A stretch of 64,000 nucleotides of DNA from Candidatus Poribacteria bacterium. Lineage in GTDB: Bacteria > Poribacteria > WGA-4E > WGA-3G. Where the stretch lies: assembly GCA_963663765.2 (NCBI GenBank), contig CAXXUA010000004.1, positions 960,001 to 1,024,000 of the forward strand, read 5' to 3'. Below, piece by piece: positions 61,984-64,000 of the stretch (position 1 is its first letter; the number at the start of each line of letters is the position of its first letter). The notes beneath the pieces are model-generated. The model ran no database searches and was not told the origin of the DNA. It saw nothing but the letters and a program-made list of their open reading frames with translations. A program made the position numbers and the translations under genes.

Positions 61984-62536
61984 AACCCTAATAGAACAAC
62001 TCAATTCTACGTGGCTTTCTCAACAATTGGGTGATATTACCGCAAATGATACAGCATGGGTATTCCTTCAGGAACCAGCATTCATCGGTTTCGGAGTCGT
62101 TACAAAGAACGATACCTATTTCCCACCAAAAGTAAACCCTGATTGGACACTGACCAGCGATCTGCGTCTGTTCGGTGAAAAAGGGGAATGGCATGTCTGG
62201 CGGGATTGGGACGGTAAGCATTACGCACGCCTATGGACATTAAAAGAAATGACGGATGCAATCACCGAACACCATTTCCTCTGGGGAACGGAAAAAAAAG
62301 ATATAGATAACGGTCCTTGGACAAAACTCACAGAGGACCGAGGTACTGAAATATGGCTACCGTTGGCAAAAAAGTTGAAAGACACCGATATACCTTTACG
62401 TCTAAGACTCAAGCAGATAGTAACGTATGACCCGATAACGCACATAGCAGGCATTACCGACGCTGCTCTCATCGGACTCACCAAATCTGATAAAAGTCTA
62501 TTGCAACCACCTGCCGATATGTCCGCTGGTTCGTAG
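61973..62536 (+). CDS. csx19: Type III-D protein Csx19
   Basis: LRLFGEKGEWHVWR; FLWGT; LTEDRG; AGGAGG RBS before ATG 61973; follows Cas7x2. Confidence 0.82.
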   Translation: MPNRTLIEQLNSTWLSQQLGDITANDTAWVFLQEPAFIGFGVVTKNDTYFPPKVNPDWTLTSDLRLFGEKGEWHVWRDWDGKHYARLWTLKEMTDAITEHHFLWGTEKKDIDNGPWTKLTEDRGTEIWLPLAKKLKDTDIPLRLRLKQIVTYDPITHIAGITDAALIGLTKSDKSLLQPPADMSAGS

Positions 62537-62538
62537 TT

Positions 62539-63516
62539 ATGCTCAAAAACTTCCGATTTGCCCGTTACCGACTCACCTACACCGTCCAAGAACCACTAAA
62601 GATGCCAACATACAAAGGCAGCATCTTCCGCGGACGCTTCGGATACCTGCTCCGCCACATCGCGTGTATCGGAGATGCGGGTGAATGCGAAAAAAAGTGC
62701 CAACACGCAGACCGATGCGTCTACTCCAAGTGCTTTGAAACACCTGTTCCTAAAGATAGTCCCATGTTGCGAGGACAACCCTTTGCACCACATCCCTTCA
62801 TCCTTCAGCCACCCTGCACATCTAAGAAGGAATATGTCCGAGACGATACCTTTACTTGTAATATCACGCTCATCGGAGAGGCGATTGACTTGTTGCCGTG
62901 GATTGTGCTGACTTTTCATGAGATGGGTAGACTGCGCATTGGACTTCAAGGGGCACGTGGACAGTGTCGACTGGACACAGTGGAAAGCCTATCCGCACAT
63001 AGCAATCCTCAACCTCAGACAATCTTCACCGCAGAGACCGAGATGCTAACAGATGATGGTATCATACTCAAACTTGACGATGTGATGCACAACACACCCG
63101 ACATCACAGATAAGATGGAATTAGAGTTTATCACCCTTACCAGCATCAAGGTAGATGGAAAATGGGCGAAGGAGTTGACATTTGAACACCTTATTCGTAA
63201 CCTACTCCGACGTATCCGATTTTTGAGCTATTTTCATTGTGGAGAGGATTTAGACGTGGATGCACACGCATTGATTGATGCTGCACGTGCTATTTCACAC
63301 GAATCCCGTTTCCGTTGGCTCAAGTCAAACCGTTATTCTTATCGTGCGGAGAGTTCTATTCCAATGGATGGGTTTATCGGGAAGGTACGTTATATAGGTG
63401 AATTAGGGCAGTTCTTGCCATTCATTTTTCTTGGTGAGTATATGCACATCGGACACCACACAGCGTTCGGATATGGGCAATATAGACTAATCTCACCTGA
63501 GACACCGATTTCGTAG
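62539..63516 (+). CDS. cas6: Cas6 pre-crRNA endoribonuclease
   Basis: YKGSIFRGRFG; Cys cluster; PHPFIL; C-terminal G-rich loop HIGHHTAFGYGQY. Confidence 0.9.
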   Translation: MLKNFRFARYRLTYTVQEPLKMPTYKGSIFRGRFGYLLRHIACIGDAGECEKKCQHADRCVYSKCFETPVPKDSPMLRGQPFAPHPFILQPPCTSKKEYVRDDTFTCNITLIGEAIDLLPWIVLTFHEMGRLRIGLQGARGQCRLDTVESLSAHSNPQPQTIFTAETEMLTDDGIILKLDDVMHNTPDITDKMELEFITLTSIKVDGKWAKELTFEHLIRNLLRRIRFLSYFHCGEDLDVDAHALIDAARAISHESRFRWLKSNRYSYRAESSIPMDGFIGKVRYIGELGQFLPFIFLGEYMHIGHHTAFGYGQYRLISPETPIS

Positions 63517-63561
63517 GAATATGATAAACTGATAAGAATATAACAGACGGAGGGAAATGCC

Positions 63562-63837
63562 TTGTTTTACATTATCTGTTACGATGTCCCAGACAATAAA
63601 AGGCGGAATCAACTTGCGAAAGCACTAAAGGGATTCGGCACTCGTGTCCAATATAGCGTGTTTGAAGCACAATTAAACCGAAAGCAGTTTAATGAGCTAA
63701 AAAACACAGTTGCTGGTATCATTGATGCTTCAGAAGACTCAATCCGTTACTACGCACTCTGTAATGCTTGCGTGGAACGTATTGAAGTGCCTGCTGTTGG
63801 AGACATAACATCGGAATCGAATACAATTATCGTTTGA
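63562..63837 (+). CDS. cas2: CRISPR-associated endonuclease Cas2
   Basis: YIICYDVPDNKRRNQLAKALKGFGTRVQYSVFE...DSIRYYALC. Confidence 0.95.
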   Translation: MFYIICYDVPDNKRRNQLAKALKGFGTRVQYSVFEAQLNRKQFNELKNTVAGIIDASEDSIRYYALCNACVERIEVPAVGDITSESNTIIV

Positions 63838-63889
63838 TATGTAATCCGAATATCAGATTTATACATACTTAAAGAACATTCGTAACAAT

Positions 63890-63920
63890 AAAGGCGCGCT
63901 TTTGAAGCGCGCCTTTTTCT
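63890..63920 (+). terminator. Rho-independent terminator after cas2
   Basis: AAAGGCGCGCTT-TTG-AAGCGCGCCTTT followed by TTCT; the stem resembles the GGCGTGCTT/AAGCGCGCC REP. Confidence 0.75.
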
Positions 63921-64000
63921 TTGCATGACTCGTGGATTAGTGAATATCGGCATTTATAGCTGCACGATTCACCGCACACTAAATTCCCTTCAAACGGGAA

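Overview
About 40% GC bacterial chromosomal window. It is most likely from Ca. Poribacteria; this is an inference from secreted proteins ending in an AVDPxxKLTTTWGTLK tail, microcompartment genes and a sulfatase-like gene. Left to right it holds: (1) a minus-strand T2SS/T4P-hybrid cluster (1-14919) with GspE, GspF, two GspG, GspH/I/J/K, a PilM-PilN fusion, a PilO/GspM-like gene and two tandem secretins; (2) a sigma70 factor and nfuA; (3) a TolC/MFP/ABC-ATPase operon with no permease, ending in a beta-RFAP synthase; (4) a PLP aminotransferase, a sulfatase-like enzyme and two lipoproteins; (5) an XRE + ImmA/IrrE pair and ligA; (6) an RDD/SpoIIM/DUF58/MoxR/DUF4350/DUF4129 cluster; (7) an intact ISAs1; (8) a satellite BMC locus (acylating ALDH + BMC-H); (9) MFS, CRTAC1, two malectin-like proteins, an isochorismatase and rimI; (10) a type III-D (III-Dv-like) CRISPR-Cas operon with no cas1 or array in view. 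Intergenic regions are packed with GTAG-type REP hairpins and several MITE families. Two observations stand out. First, a family of 34-51 bp 'hairpin + (TTGATTT)n' micro-elements is inserted, mostly at a C^G step and without target duplication, into several unrelated REP hairpins and once into a related micro-element. Second, a canonical RRM RNA-binding domain is fused to the N-terminus of the TIGR03986-type Cas7 that leads the type III-D operon. All calls come from motif reading by eye; no searches were run.
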